Of a DNA stretch of 64,000 nucleotides, positions 46,433 through 60,280 are shown piece after piece. This stretch comes from Eledone cirrhosa (taxonomy: Eukaryota), in the NCBI GenBank assembly GCA_964016885.1, contig OZ024741.1, positions 273,296,001 through 273,360,000 on the forward strand, read 5' to 3'. A program made the position numbers and the translations under genes. The notes under the pieces are model-generated. The model had not been told where the DNA came from. It made no database searches and worked only from the letters and a program-made list of their open reading frames with translations. Every line of letters starts with the position of its first letter. Positions within the stretch are counted from its first letter, which is position 1.

Positions 46433-47820
46433 CTAAGGCGGGTAAAATTCCCGAGATCCATGGACGAGTTCTCTCCAGCGGTCTCTGTCCCTCATTATCG
46501 CTGCCACGTCCTGCGTCTCCAACAGACCAGTGTCTGTCCTTAGGGCATCAACATGCGTTAACCTTGGTCTTCCTCTTCTAGTGTGTCCATGTAGGGGCTC
46601 CCAAAGGAGCACTGAGTGCAATGTCAACTCTGGATGTAGGTGAGCATGTCCAGCTAACCTCAGTCTCCTCTGTGTCACTTTTGAGCTGACTTTTGGGATG
46701 CTCCCATACAGCTCTGTGTTCTTCATCCTCAGTGTATACTGATTAATGTTCAGAGCCATCCTCAGCATTCTCGTGTAGCACCCATCCACCATCTGAGTGA
46801 GCTTCTTGGTCAGTGTCCAAGTCTCAGAGCCATACAGCAGCACAGACTCCACTACAGCAATGAAGAGGCGGATTTTCAGGTCTTTTCGAAGACGCGGATT
46901 TTCAGGTCTTTCTGAAGAAAGGAGTTGCCCCGAATCAGTGGAGGATCAGTAACATCGTCCCAGTGCCAAAGAAGGGAGATCTCTCTAACACCAACAACTA
47001 CCGGGGGATCTCACTGACGTCACTTGTGGCAAAGACACTCAACAGGATGATTCTTAACAGGATCCAGCCTGAGATGGAGTAGAAGCTCAGGAACAACCAT
47101 AACGGCTTCAGAGAGGGAAGATCAACCACCAGTCACATCCTGATGCTGAGGAGGATATTAGAGGGAGCTAGAGCAAAGTGCCTTCCTGCGGTCATGGTTT
47201 TCATTGACTTTAGGAAGGCCTTTGATTCTGTGGACCGTTACAACCTGATGAAGATCTTACAGGCTTATGGAATCCCCAAGAAGATAGTGGACCTGATATC
47301 ACTGCTCTACACCACCACCAAAGCCCAAGTTATACACCTGATGGAATGACAGAGTTCTTTGAGATACTGGCTGGAGTGCTCCAGGGAGATACACTGGCTC
47401 ACTAACTTTTTATCATCGTAGTGGACTATTGTATGCTCCTTGCACTGGAGAAACACCAGGACTCTGGCTTTACTGTAGCACCGGCTCCGAGCAGGAAAGT
47501 TAGGGCGAAAAAGGTATCGGATGCTGAATTTGCCGACGACATAGTTTTGATGACAAATACAGTGAAGGAGGCAGAGGATTTGATGCGGGAAGTGAGACTG
47601 TGTCGATGAGTGTGGGGCTGAGAATGAATGAGACTAAAACAAAATATCTGGTAGAGAATGTTGAGAAGCCAGAGGGGATCACTAATGTAGGCGGGAAGCC
47701 GGTAGAATTGGTTGAGGGCTTCCTGTATTTGGGAGCAAAGATTGGGAATACGGAAGATGTTGTGGTTAAGAGGAAGAGCAAGGCCTGGGCGGCGTGCCAC
47801 AGCTTGAGATCGGTGTGGCT
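46433..47820. mobile_element. RTE-group (RTEX/Proto2-like) LINE with 5' inversion
   Basis: Minus 46433-46885: ESVLLYGSETW..RRLRLAGH..WEP; plus 46915-47820: NYRGISL..FIDFRKAFDSV..FADD..LRSVW. Confidence 0.85.
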
Positions 47821-47881
47821 GTATATGTATATATATATATAAGTATATATATATATATATGTATATATATATGTACATATA

Positions 47882-48010
<129 letters not shown>

Positions 48011-48095
48011 GTATATATATATGTATATATATATGTATATATATATATGTATATATATATATGTATATATGTATATATATATGTATATATATATG

Positions 48096-48131
<36 letters not shown>

Positions 48132-48167
48132 TGTATGTATATGTATATATATATATATGTATATGTA

Positions 48168-48304
<137 letters not shown>

Positions 48305-48323
48305 TATATATATGTATATATAA

Positions 48324-48406
<83 letters not shown>

Positions 48407-48407
48407 A

Positions 48408-48440
<33 letters not shown>

Positions 48441-48470
48441 TATACGTACACACATATATATATATATATG

Positions 48471-48502
<32 letters not shown>

Positions 48503-48606
48503 TATACATATGTATATCTATATATATGTATATATGTATATATATATATACATATGTATATATATATATATAAGTATGTATATATATATGTATATATATA
48601 TATATG

Positions 48607-48637
<31 letters not shown>

Positions 48638-48734
48638 GTATATATGTATATATATATATATACATATGTATATATATATATGTATATATATATATGTATA
48701 TATATATATATACATATGTATATATATATGTATG

Positions 48735-48768
<34 letters not shown>

Positions 48769-48772
48769 TATG

Positions 48773-48836
<64 letters not shown>

Positions 48837-48970
48837 TATGTATATATATATATATACATATATATATGTATGTATATATATACACATGTATATATATATA
48901 TATATACATATGTATATGTATATATATACATATGTATATATATATATATGTATATATATATATACATATG

Positions 48971-49003
<33 letters not shown>

Positions 49004-49267
49004 ATATATATGTATATATATATGTATATATATATGTATATATATATGTATATATATATGTATGTATGTATATATATGTATATATATATATATGTATATA
49101 TATATGTATATATGTATATATATATGTATATATATATATATACATATGCATATATATATATACATATATATATGTATGTATATATATATATATACACATG
49201 TATATATATATATACATATGTATATATATATATATACATATGTATATATATATATATATATATATAC

Positions 49268-49325
<58 letters not shown>

Positions 49326-49366
49326 ATATATATGTATATATATATGTATATATATATATATGTATG

Positions 49367-49421
<55 letters not shown>

Positions 49422-49426
49422 GTATG

Positions 49427-49457
<31 letters not shown>

Positions 49458-49458
49458 G

Positions 49459-49540
<82 letters not shown>

Positions 49541-49558
49541 TATGTATACATATATATG

Positions 49559-49593
<35 letters not shown>

Positions 49594-49706
49594 GTATATA
49601 TATATGTATATATATATATATATGTATATATATATGTATATATATATATATATATGTATGTATATATATATATATGCATATATATATGTATGTATATATA
49701 TATATG

Positions 49707-49737
<31 letters not shown>

Positions 49738-49792
49738 GTATATATGTATATATATATGTATATATATATATATGTATGTATATATATATATG

Positions 49793-49894
<102 letters not shown>

Positions 49895-49960
49895 TGCATG
49901 TATATATATATATATATGTATGTATATATATATATATATATATGTATGTACATATATATG

Positions 49961-49991
<31 letters not shown>

Positions 49992-49994
49992 GTA

Positions 49995-50067
<73 letters not shown>

Positions 50068-50086
50068 GTATATATATATGTATATA

Positions 50087-50126
<40 letters not shown>

Positions 50127-50192
50127 TATATATATGTATATATATATGTATATATATATGTATATATATATGTATATATATATATATGTATG

Positions 50193-50227
<35 letters not shown>

Positions 50228-50236
50228 ATATATATG

Positions 50237-50271
<35 letters not shown>

Positions 50272-50315
50272 GTATATATATATGTATGTATGTATATATA
50301 TGTATATATATATAT

Positions 50316-50926
50316 GTCAGGTCACCAGTTGGTGCTACTGGTAACATGTATCCCAGTACAACCTGTCTCATGGTCGGGTCGTTGGCGACTAAACTGGCAA
50401 CCCCACCAAGGTTTCTTGGTGAGGAGGGTGACTTTGGACATCCTGCAGGACTAAAAACAAAACCTGTCAAAGGGCAAAGGAGCTCTTAAGAGTCAATGGC
50501 CATCCAAAATCACCGGGAGAGATGACCCCTTAGCCTTTGTCAAGGCAGAATTCTAGGAGAAGGAAAACTCTGATATAACACCTGCAACCCTGATGGTATC
50601 CAATGATGTTGACTTGTTCTTCTTTTTGGTAAATATCATCTTGGTTAAGAGAGTGGGACTGGCTTTGTGCAGTGCCTTTGCTCACTATAAAAGCTTCACG
50701 GCACAGGCATTGCTTTATATCTGGAGATCTCTCTGCACTTGTCGTCACATGGTACCATGGGCCCAGCACTATGTGTCAATAATTGTCACAAGTGTAGTGT
50801 TTGTACCAGAGTTTTCAAGTCACTGGCTGAGACTAAAAAGTCACACTCGTTCAGCGCATCGGTAGGGGTTCGCCTACATGGATATAAAGTAGTGGCCGTA
50901 CTCGAAAACGAGTTGGCAGTCACCAT
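50316..50926 (+). mobile_element. Bipartite RTE-derived SINE, copy 3 (longest 5' end)
   Basis: Near-identical to 25267-25867. Confidence 0.87.
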
Positions 50927-50955
50927 ATATATATGTATATATATATGTATATATG

Positions 50956-50987
<32 letters not shown>

Positions 50988-51202
50988 TATGCATATATAT
51001 ATATACATATATATATGTATGTATATATATATATATATATATACACACATGTATATATATATATACATATGTATATATATATATATACATATGTATATAT
51101 ATATATATATATACATATGTATATATATATATATATATTATATATATATGTATGTATATATATATGTATATATATATGTATATATATATATATATATGTA
51201 TG

Positions 51203-51259
<57 letters not shown>

Positions 51260-51264
51260 GTATG

Positions 51265-51295
<31 letters not shown>

Positions 51296-51296
51296 G

Positions 51297-51415
<119 letters not shown>

Positions 51416-51484
51416 GTATATATATATGTCTATATATATATATATATGTATGTATATATATATATATGCATATATATATGTATG

Positions 51485-51531
<47 letters not shown>

Positions 51532-51604
51532 GTATATATGTATATATATATGTATATATATATATATGTATGTATATATATATATGTATGTATATATATA
51601 TATG

Positions 51605-51708
<104 letters not shown>

Positions 51709-51778
51709 TATGCATGTATATATATATATATATATGTATGTATATATATATATATATATATGTATGTACATATATATG

Positions 51779-51809
<31 letters not shown>

Positions 51810-51863
51810 GTATATATGTATATATACATGTGTATATATATATATATGTATATATATATATAC

Positions 51864-51909
<46 letters not shown>

Positions 51910-52018
51910 ATATATATGTATATATATATGTATATATATATGTATATATATATGTATATATATATGAATGTATGTATATATATGTATATATATATATGTA
52001 TATATATATGTATATATG

Positions 52019-52050
<32 letters not shown>

Positions 52051-52181
52051 TATGCATATATATATATACATATATATATGTATGTATATATATATATATA
52101 TATATATACACATGTATATATATATATACATATGTATATATATATATATACATATGTATATATATATATATATATATATAC

Positions 52182-52227
<46 letters not shown>

Positions 52228-52272
52228 ATATATATGTATATATATATGTATATATATATATATATATGTATG

Positions 52273-52331
<59 letters not shown>

Positions 52332-52336
52332 GTATG

Positions 52337-52437
<101 letters not shown>

Positions 52438-52456
52438 GTATATACATATATATATG

Positions 52457-52506
<50 letters not shown>

Positions 52507-52560
52507 TGTATGTATATATATATATATGCATATATATATGTATGTATATATATATATGTT

Positions 52561-52591
<31 letters not shown>

Positions 52592-52646
52592 GTATATATG
52601 TATATATATATGTATATATATATATAGGTATGTATATATATATATG

Positions 52647-52707
<61 letters not shown>

Positions 52708-52822
52708 ACTATATATATATGTATATTATATATATATGTATATATATATATATATATATGCATGTATATATATATATATATGTATGTATATATATATATA
52801 TATATGTATGTACATATATATG

Positions 52823-52931
<109 letters not shown>

Positions 52932-52999
52932 GTATATATATATGTATATATATATGTATATATATATATATATGTATATATATATGCATATATATATGC

Positions 53000-53030
<31 letters not shown>

Positions 53031-53116
53031 TATATATATATATATATATATGCATATATATATGTATATATATATGTATATATATATGTATATATATATG
53101 TATATATATATATATG

Positions 53117-53161
<45 letters not shown>

Positions 53162-53433
53162 ATATATATGTATATATATATGTATATATATATGTATATA
53201 TATATGTATATATATATGTATGTATGTATATATATGTATATATATATATGTATATATATATGTATATATGTATATATGTATATATATATGTATATATTTA
53301 TATATATACATAGGCATATATATATATACATATATATATGTATGTATATATATATATATATACACATGTATATATATATATACATATGTATATATATATA
53401 TACATATGTATATATATATATATATATATATAC

Positions 53434-53483
<50 letters not shown>

Positions 53484-53543
53484 ATATATATGTATATATA
53501 TATGTATATATATATATATATATGTATGTATATATATATATAT

Positions 53544-53578
<35 letters not shown>

Positions 53579-53583
53579 GTATG

Positions 53584-53614
<31 letters not shown>

Positions 53615-53615
53615 G

Positions 53616-53687
<72 letters not shown>

Positions 53688-53717
53688 TATATATATATAT
53701 ATGTATATATATATATG

Positions 53718-53750
<33 letters not shown>

Positions 53751-53833
53751 GTATATATATATGTCTATATATATATATATATGTATGTATATATATATAT
53801 ATGCATATATATATGTATGTATATATATATATG

Positions 53834-53864
<31 letters not shown>

Positions 53865-53919
53865 GTATATATGTATATATATATGTATATATATATATAT
53901 GTATGTATATATATATATG

Positions 53920-53992
<73 letters not shown>

Positions 53993-53994
53993 TG

Positions 53995-54046
<52 letters not shown>

Positions 54047-54128
54047 TGCATGTATATATATATATATATGTATGTATATATATATATGTATGTACATATA
54101 TATGTATATATATATATATATATGTATA

Positions 54129-54173
<45 letters not shown>

Positions 54174-54216
54174 GTATATATATATATATGTATATATATA
54201 TATGTATATATATATG

Positions 54217-54265
<49 letters not shown>

Positions 54266-54280
54266 ATGCATATATATATG

Positions 54281-54331
<51 letters not shown>

Positions 54332-54344
54332 GTATATATATATG

Positions 54345-54376
<32 letters not shown>

Positions 54377-54474
54377 TGCATGTATATATATATATATATG
54401 TATGTATATATATATATATATATGTATGTACATATATATGTATATATATATATATATGTATATATATATGTATA

Positions 54475-54509
<35 letters not shown>

Positions 54510-54555
54510 GTATATATATTATATATATGTATATATATATATGTATATATATATG

Positions 54556-54638
<83 letters not shown>

Positions 54639-54647
54639 ATGCATATA

Positions 54648-54688
<41 letters not shown>

Positions 54689-54705
54689 ATATATATATGT
54701 ATATA

Positions 54706-54758
<53 letters not shown>

Positions 54759-54859
54759 ATGCATATATATATGTATATATATATATATATATATGTATGT
54801 ATATATATATATATATGTATATATATATGTATATATATATATGTATATATATATGTATA

Positions 54860-54900
<41 letters not shown>

Positions 54901-54909
<9 letters not shown>

Positions 54910-55438
54910 TAAACAAATAATGAATAAACAATTCCTTATATTAAACAAAAAAAGTTCATTATTTAACGATCGTTTCTAGGATATATATGTGTTATAATTG
55001 GTATGCATATTCAACAGATCTATGTACAAAATTATACAAAATTATACAAATTATCAAGATTAAATATACATACCAAACACATATATACGCCGTCTTCAGA
55101 GATTATTTCTGAAGACGGCGTATATATGTGTTTGGTATGTATATTTAATCTTGATAATTTGTATAATTTTGTATAATTTTGTACATAGATCTGTTGAATA
55201 TGCATACCAATTATAACACATATATATCCTAGAAACGATCGTTAAATAATGAACTTTTTTTGTTTAATATAAGGAATTGTTTATTCATTATTTGTTTAAT
55301 ATTTTATCTTGACTCTGTATACCGTTTATCTTTCACCGAAAGTGGTTTTTCATTACATCTCTTCTTTCCATGATATCCGGAATACATTGAGTTCTTCATA
55401 CGGATTGGACACTACCGTAAACTCTTGGTAGATTTATC
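54901..55438. mobile_element. Fold-back pLTR insert: palindrome with 200-bp arms
   Basis: Arms 54901-55100 and 55108-55307, 7-nt spacer; right arm continues 131 nt. Confidence 0.88.
55102..55250 (+). ncRNA. Type I HHR with 116-nt stem II hairpin
   Basis: attattt-CTGAAGA-[116 nt]-GAAA-c/gatc/g-TT-aaataat. Confidence 0.8.
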
Positions 55439-55470
<32 letters not shown>

Positions 55471-55562
55471 TGTATAATATATATGTTTTATATATATGTA
55501 TATATATATGTATATATATATGTATATAATTATATATATGTATATATATATGCATATATATA

Positions 55563-55630
<68 letters not shown>

Positions 55631-55722
55631 TATATATATATATATATATATATGCATATATATATGTATATATATATGTAGATATATATGTATATATATA
55701 TGTATATATATATATATGTATG

Positions 55723-55759
<37 letters not shown>

Positions 55760-55999
55760 ATATATATATATGTATATATATATGTATATATATATGTATA
55801 TATATATGTATGTATGTATATATATGTATATATATATATATGTATATATATATGTATATATATATATATATGTATATATATATGTATATATATATGTATA
55901 TATATATGTATATATATATGTATATATATATATGTATATATATATGTATATATATATGTATATATATATGTATATATATATGTATATATATATGTATAT

Positions 56000-56670
56000 A
56001 TTTCGTTTCTGAATTTGGGAACGGATAAATGAACACTGGCGAGACCTTCAAGATAATAAAGAATCATCTGTACTCTACCAACATGCTAAGATAGAACACA
56101 AGGGTAAATTAGAGAACATAGAAATAAAAATAGAATCTACACACAAAAAAGATACAATGTTTAGACAAATTACAGGGGCAATAAACATAAAAGAATTACA
56201 ACCAAAATTAAATAGAAAATATGAGTGTAACAGCAACATCACAACTTACAATTAAGGACAAAATGAAAACACACACATAGAACAAACAACCAACCAATAA
56301 CATGTAAATAAATAAATAAATCAACAAATAGATAAATGAACATAAACACACACAGACACACGGATGTGGCGCATGCGCAAACTGAGCACACAACACACAC
56401 ACACAGAAACAAAATGGCGTAGGACAGAAGAAAGGAAAGGCACAGAAACAAAGAAAGGAATCCCCAGTCACTGAAGAGGTCACAGAGTGTGTGACGAAAG
56501 GACTATGACTATATATAAACAACTATCTGGTTGTGGAACCAACCAACCAACCAAACAGAAATTTATAAATTTGTAAATTTGTAAATTTATAAATATATAA
56601 TAAATTGAAGTGAAAGCAACTGGTGCGTGTGTTTCTTGTTGGCAACATGACCCTCCCAAAGTATAACAAT
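56000..56670 (+). mobile_element. Family A 3' fragment with short inverted cap, HHR 56466-56510
   Basis: Matches about 19026-19665; 56000-56017 is the reverse complement of end site B. Confidence 0.9.
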
Positions 56671-56905
56671 ATATGTATATATATATCTATATATGTATAT
56701 ATATATGTATATATATATGTATATCTATATCTATATATATGTATATATATATGTATATATATATCTATATATATATATGTATATATATATGTATATATAT
56801 ATGTATATATATATATATATCTATATATATATATGTATATATATATGTATATATATATGTATATATATATGTATATATGTATATATATATATGTATATAT
56901 ATATG

Positions 56906-56936
<31 letters not shown>

Positions 56937-57019
56937 GTATATATATATGTATATATATATATATATATATATGTATATGTATATATATGTATATATATAT
57001 GTATATATATATGTATATA

Positions 57020-57110
<91 letters not shown>

Positions 57111-57119
57111 GTATATATG

Positions 57120-57154
<35 letters not shown>

Positions 57155-57189
57155 GTATATATGTATATATATATATATGTATATATACA

Positions 57190-57863
57190 TAAGGACATGA
57201 TTTATGATATATTGCTCTGATTATTTAATTTATTAATTCTTCATAGAGCTTAAAAGAGACCGGTTGCAACGTATATATATCTATAACTTTATGTATATGT
57301 AAACCTTTATATTTAATAATCTCCCGTTAGGTTGAGATTCAATTTGGCGATATTTGGCTGCTCTTTCTAGCAGCAAGCCTACCCGCCGTAAGCAACCAAT
57401 CACATTCTTTCTATCTTGACCACAGCCACATAGCGATTCTTAGCCATTTTTTAATCTAATTTTGGCGCGATCGGGTTGAAAAACTAGGTGTCTGATTTTG
57501 AGTTTGTCTCCTGATGAATCCTAACTCATTCCTATTATTTGGATGTCTAAAAATACGGATGAAACCATGGTAGAGATATAATTACGGTATGTACGCATTT
57601 CTTCTAAGTTTAATTTTACACCTAATTGTGTATGGTTGATGATATATTTAGTCAGGTTCTACATGCTGTCGAAATGTTGGATAAATATTCGATTGGGGCC
57701 ACCGCGAAGAGGCCACCTTCGGTTATTTGTCGGAGATTTCTCCATAAGAGCCTTTCTTCTTATAGCTTGGTCTAATTGATTTTTTATATGGTAAATTATG
57801 CTAATTAGAAGAGGAAATAGTATATATTTTATCTGATAATTCTAAGGACATGATTTATGATAT
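57190..57863 (+). mobile_element. Retrozyme-like element: 653-bp monomer with 21-bp terminal direct repeat
   Basis: taaggacatgatttatgatat at 57190 and 57843; internal HHR; no long ORF. Confidence 0.8.
57506..57577 (+). ncRNA. Type I HHR
   Basis: gtctc-CTGATGA-atcc..ggat-GAAA-c/catg/g-TA-gagat. Confidence 0.88.
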
Positions 57864-57875
57864 GTATATATACAT

Positions 57876-58395
57876 TCACTGATGAGGGACTCATTTTATT
57901 ACATGTTATCCATGTGCTACCTGCAGTATTTTTCTCTATATTTTATTACATATATTTACCACTGCGATTCTGTGTTTTTTTCTCTCTCTCTTACTGTTCC
58001 CCCATTCTCTCTGTTTCTCCCCCTCTGTCATGTCAGTTAACTCTTCCTCACACTTTCACTCACTCACTGTTTCTCTCTCTTCTCTTCATTTCATCCTGTA
58101 CACCACGAAGGCTATTTTTCTCTCTCCGCTCATAGCCTTCGCTCGTGTCGGGTCTGTTCTAAAAGCGCTCATATATTCACCTAGCTTATGCTAAACAGAA
58201 TAATTTTTGAAGCTTGTTTCTTTCCCCTGGTTAGCCATACTCTTTGTTGTTCTCCTGTCTCACTCGCTTTACGCGTTTTAATTGTCCTAATAACTTATTT
58301 TGGTTATTATTGCACCGACGTGAGGTATATGATTTTTAATGCAATGAAATATCTATGATCTTCGGCAAATCACTGATGAGGGACTCATTTTATTA
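57876..58395 (+). mobile_element. 494-bp unit with 26-bp terminal direct repeat (retrozyme-like, HHR incomplete)
   Basis: tcactgatgagggactcattttatta at 57876 and 58370. Confidence 0.6.
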
Positions 58396-58399
58396 TATG

Positions 58400-58431
<32 letters not shown>

Positions 58432-58463
58432 TATATATATGTATATATGTATATATGTATGTA

Positions 58464-58526
<63 letters not shown>

Positions 58527-58528
58527 GT

Positions 58529-58592
<64 letters not shown>

Positions 58593-58596
58593 TTAT

Positions 58597-58765
58597 ATTT
58601 CGTTTCTGAATTTGTTTAGCAAGATTCTTTATCTGAAATCGTGTGTTGAAACCGATATTGTTATACTTTGGGAGGGTCATGTTGCCAATAAGAAACACAC
58701 GCATGTGTGTTTCTTATTGGCATGCGTTTCTTATTGGCAACATGACCCTCCCAAAGTATAACAAT
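58597..58765. mobile_element. Family A fold-back mini-insert
   Basis: Minus arm ends at site B, plus arm ends at site A; short internal duplication at the junction. Confidence 0.88.
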
Positions 58766-58840
58766 ATATATTTATATATATATATATATGTATATATGTA
58801 TATATATATATATATATGTATATATATCTATATATCTATG

Positions 58841-58875
<35 letters not shown>

Positions 58876-58958
58876 ATATATATATATATCTATATATATA
58901 TATGTATATATGTATATATATATGTATATATGTATATATGTATATATATGTATATATG

Positions 58959-58990
<32 letters not shown>

Positions 58991-59010
58991 GGTATATATA
59001 TAAATATATG

Positions 59011-59100
<90 letters not shown>

Positions 59101-59144
59101 GGTATGTATATATGTATATATAAGTATATATAAGTATATATATG

Positions 59145-59229
<85 letters not shown>

Positions 59230-59276
59230 ATATATATATATATGTATATATATATGTATATATGTATGTATATATG

Positions 59277-59385
<109 letters not shown>

Positions 59386-59450
59386 TTATATATATATATA
59401 TAGGTATATATGTATATATATATATATGTATATATATATAGGTATATATG

Positions 59451-59482
<32 letters not shown>

Positions 59483-59492
59483 GGTATATATG

Positions 59493-59526
<34 letters not shown>

Positions 59527-59536
59527 GGTATATATG

Positions 59537-59641
<105 letters not shown>

Positions 59642-59864
59642 GTATATATGTATAGATATATATATGTATATATATGTATATATATATATATGGATATAGA
59701 TAGGTAAATATACACGGGTGTGTATGATTGTGTATAGAAGATTATATTAATAAGAGGAATTCCAACTTTGTCTGATTTACTCGTTTTATTTACAATCCTT
59801 TAAAATATATATAATGGTATTATAATGAAATAGTATGATAGAATATTAAATTCTAAGTGTTAAT

Positions 59865-59903
59865 TGAACAAGTACTTTCATGCTTTCGCAATCTTCAGGT
59901 TCA
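59865..59903 (-). ncRNA. Minimal type I HHR
   Basis: tgaac-CTGAAGA-ttgc/gaaa/gcat-GAAA-g/ta/c-TT-gttca. Confidence 0.85.
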
Positions 59904-60280
59904 TGATATGTGGTGACAGACGAGTTTACAATTTTCAACTGTAATGATATGGGTAAATTTCGTACCTTTTATACATTTTATACAGAGAAAAGTGACTCCA
60001 GAATGCAAAGCCCTGTAAACTGTATTTCGACCAATCAGTGTGTAGTTTCACTGAATTACTACAGCTGATTGGTTTAAGCGTCACGGCTGGTTGAGCATGC
60101 TAACGACCAATAGTCATATCCAACATATCAATTGTTTTGCTTTTTGAAATGATGAAAATAGCATTTTCTATTAATCATCACCATCAACATCACTTTTATT
60201 ATTATTATTATTGTTGTTGTTGTTGTTGTTGTTAGTGGTCGTGGTCATAGTGGTAGTAGAAGTAATACCCCTAGGCGTTA

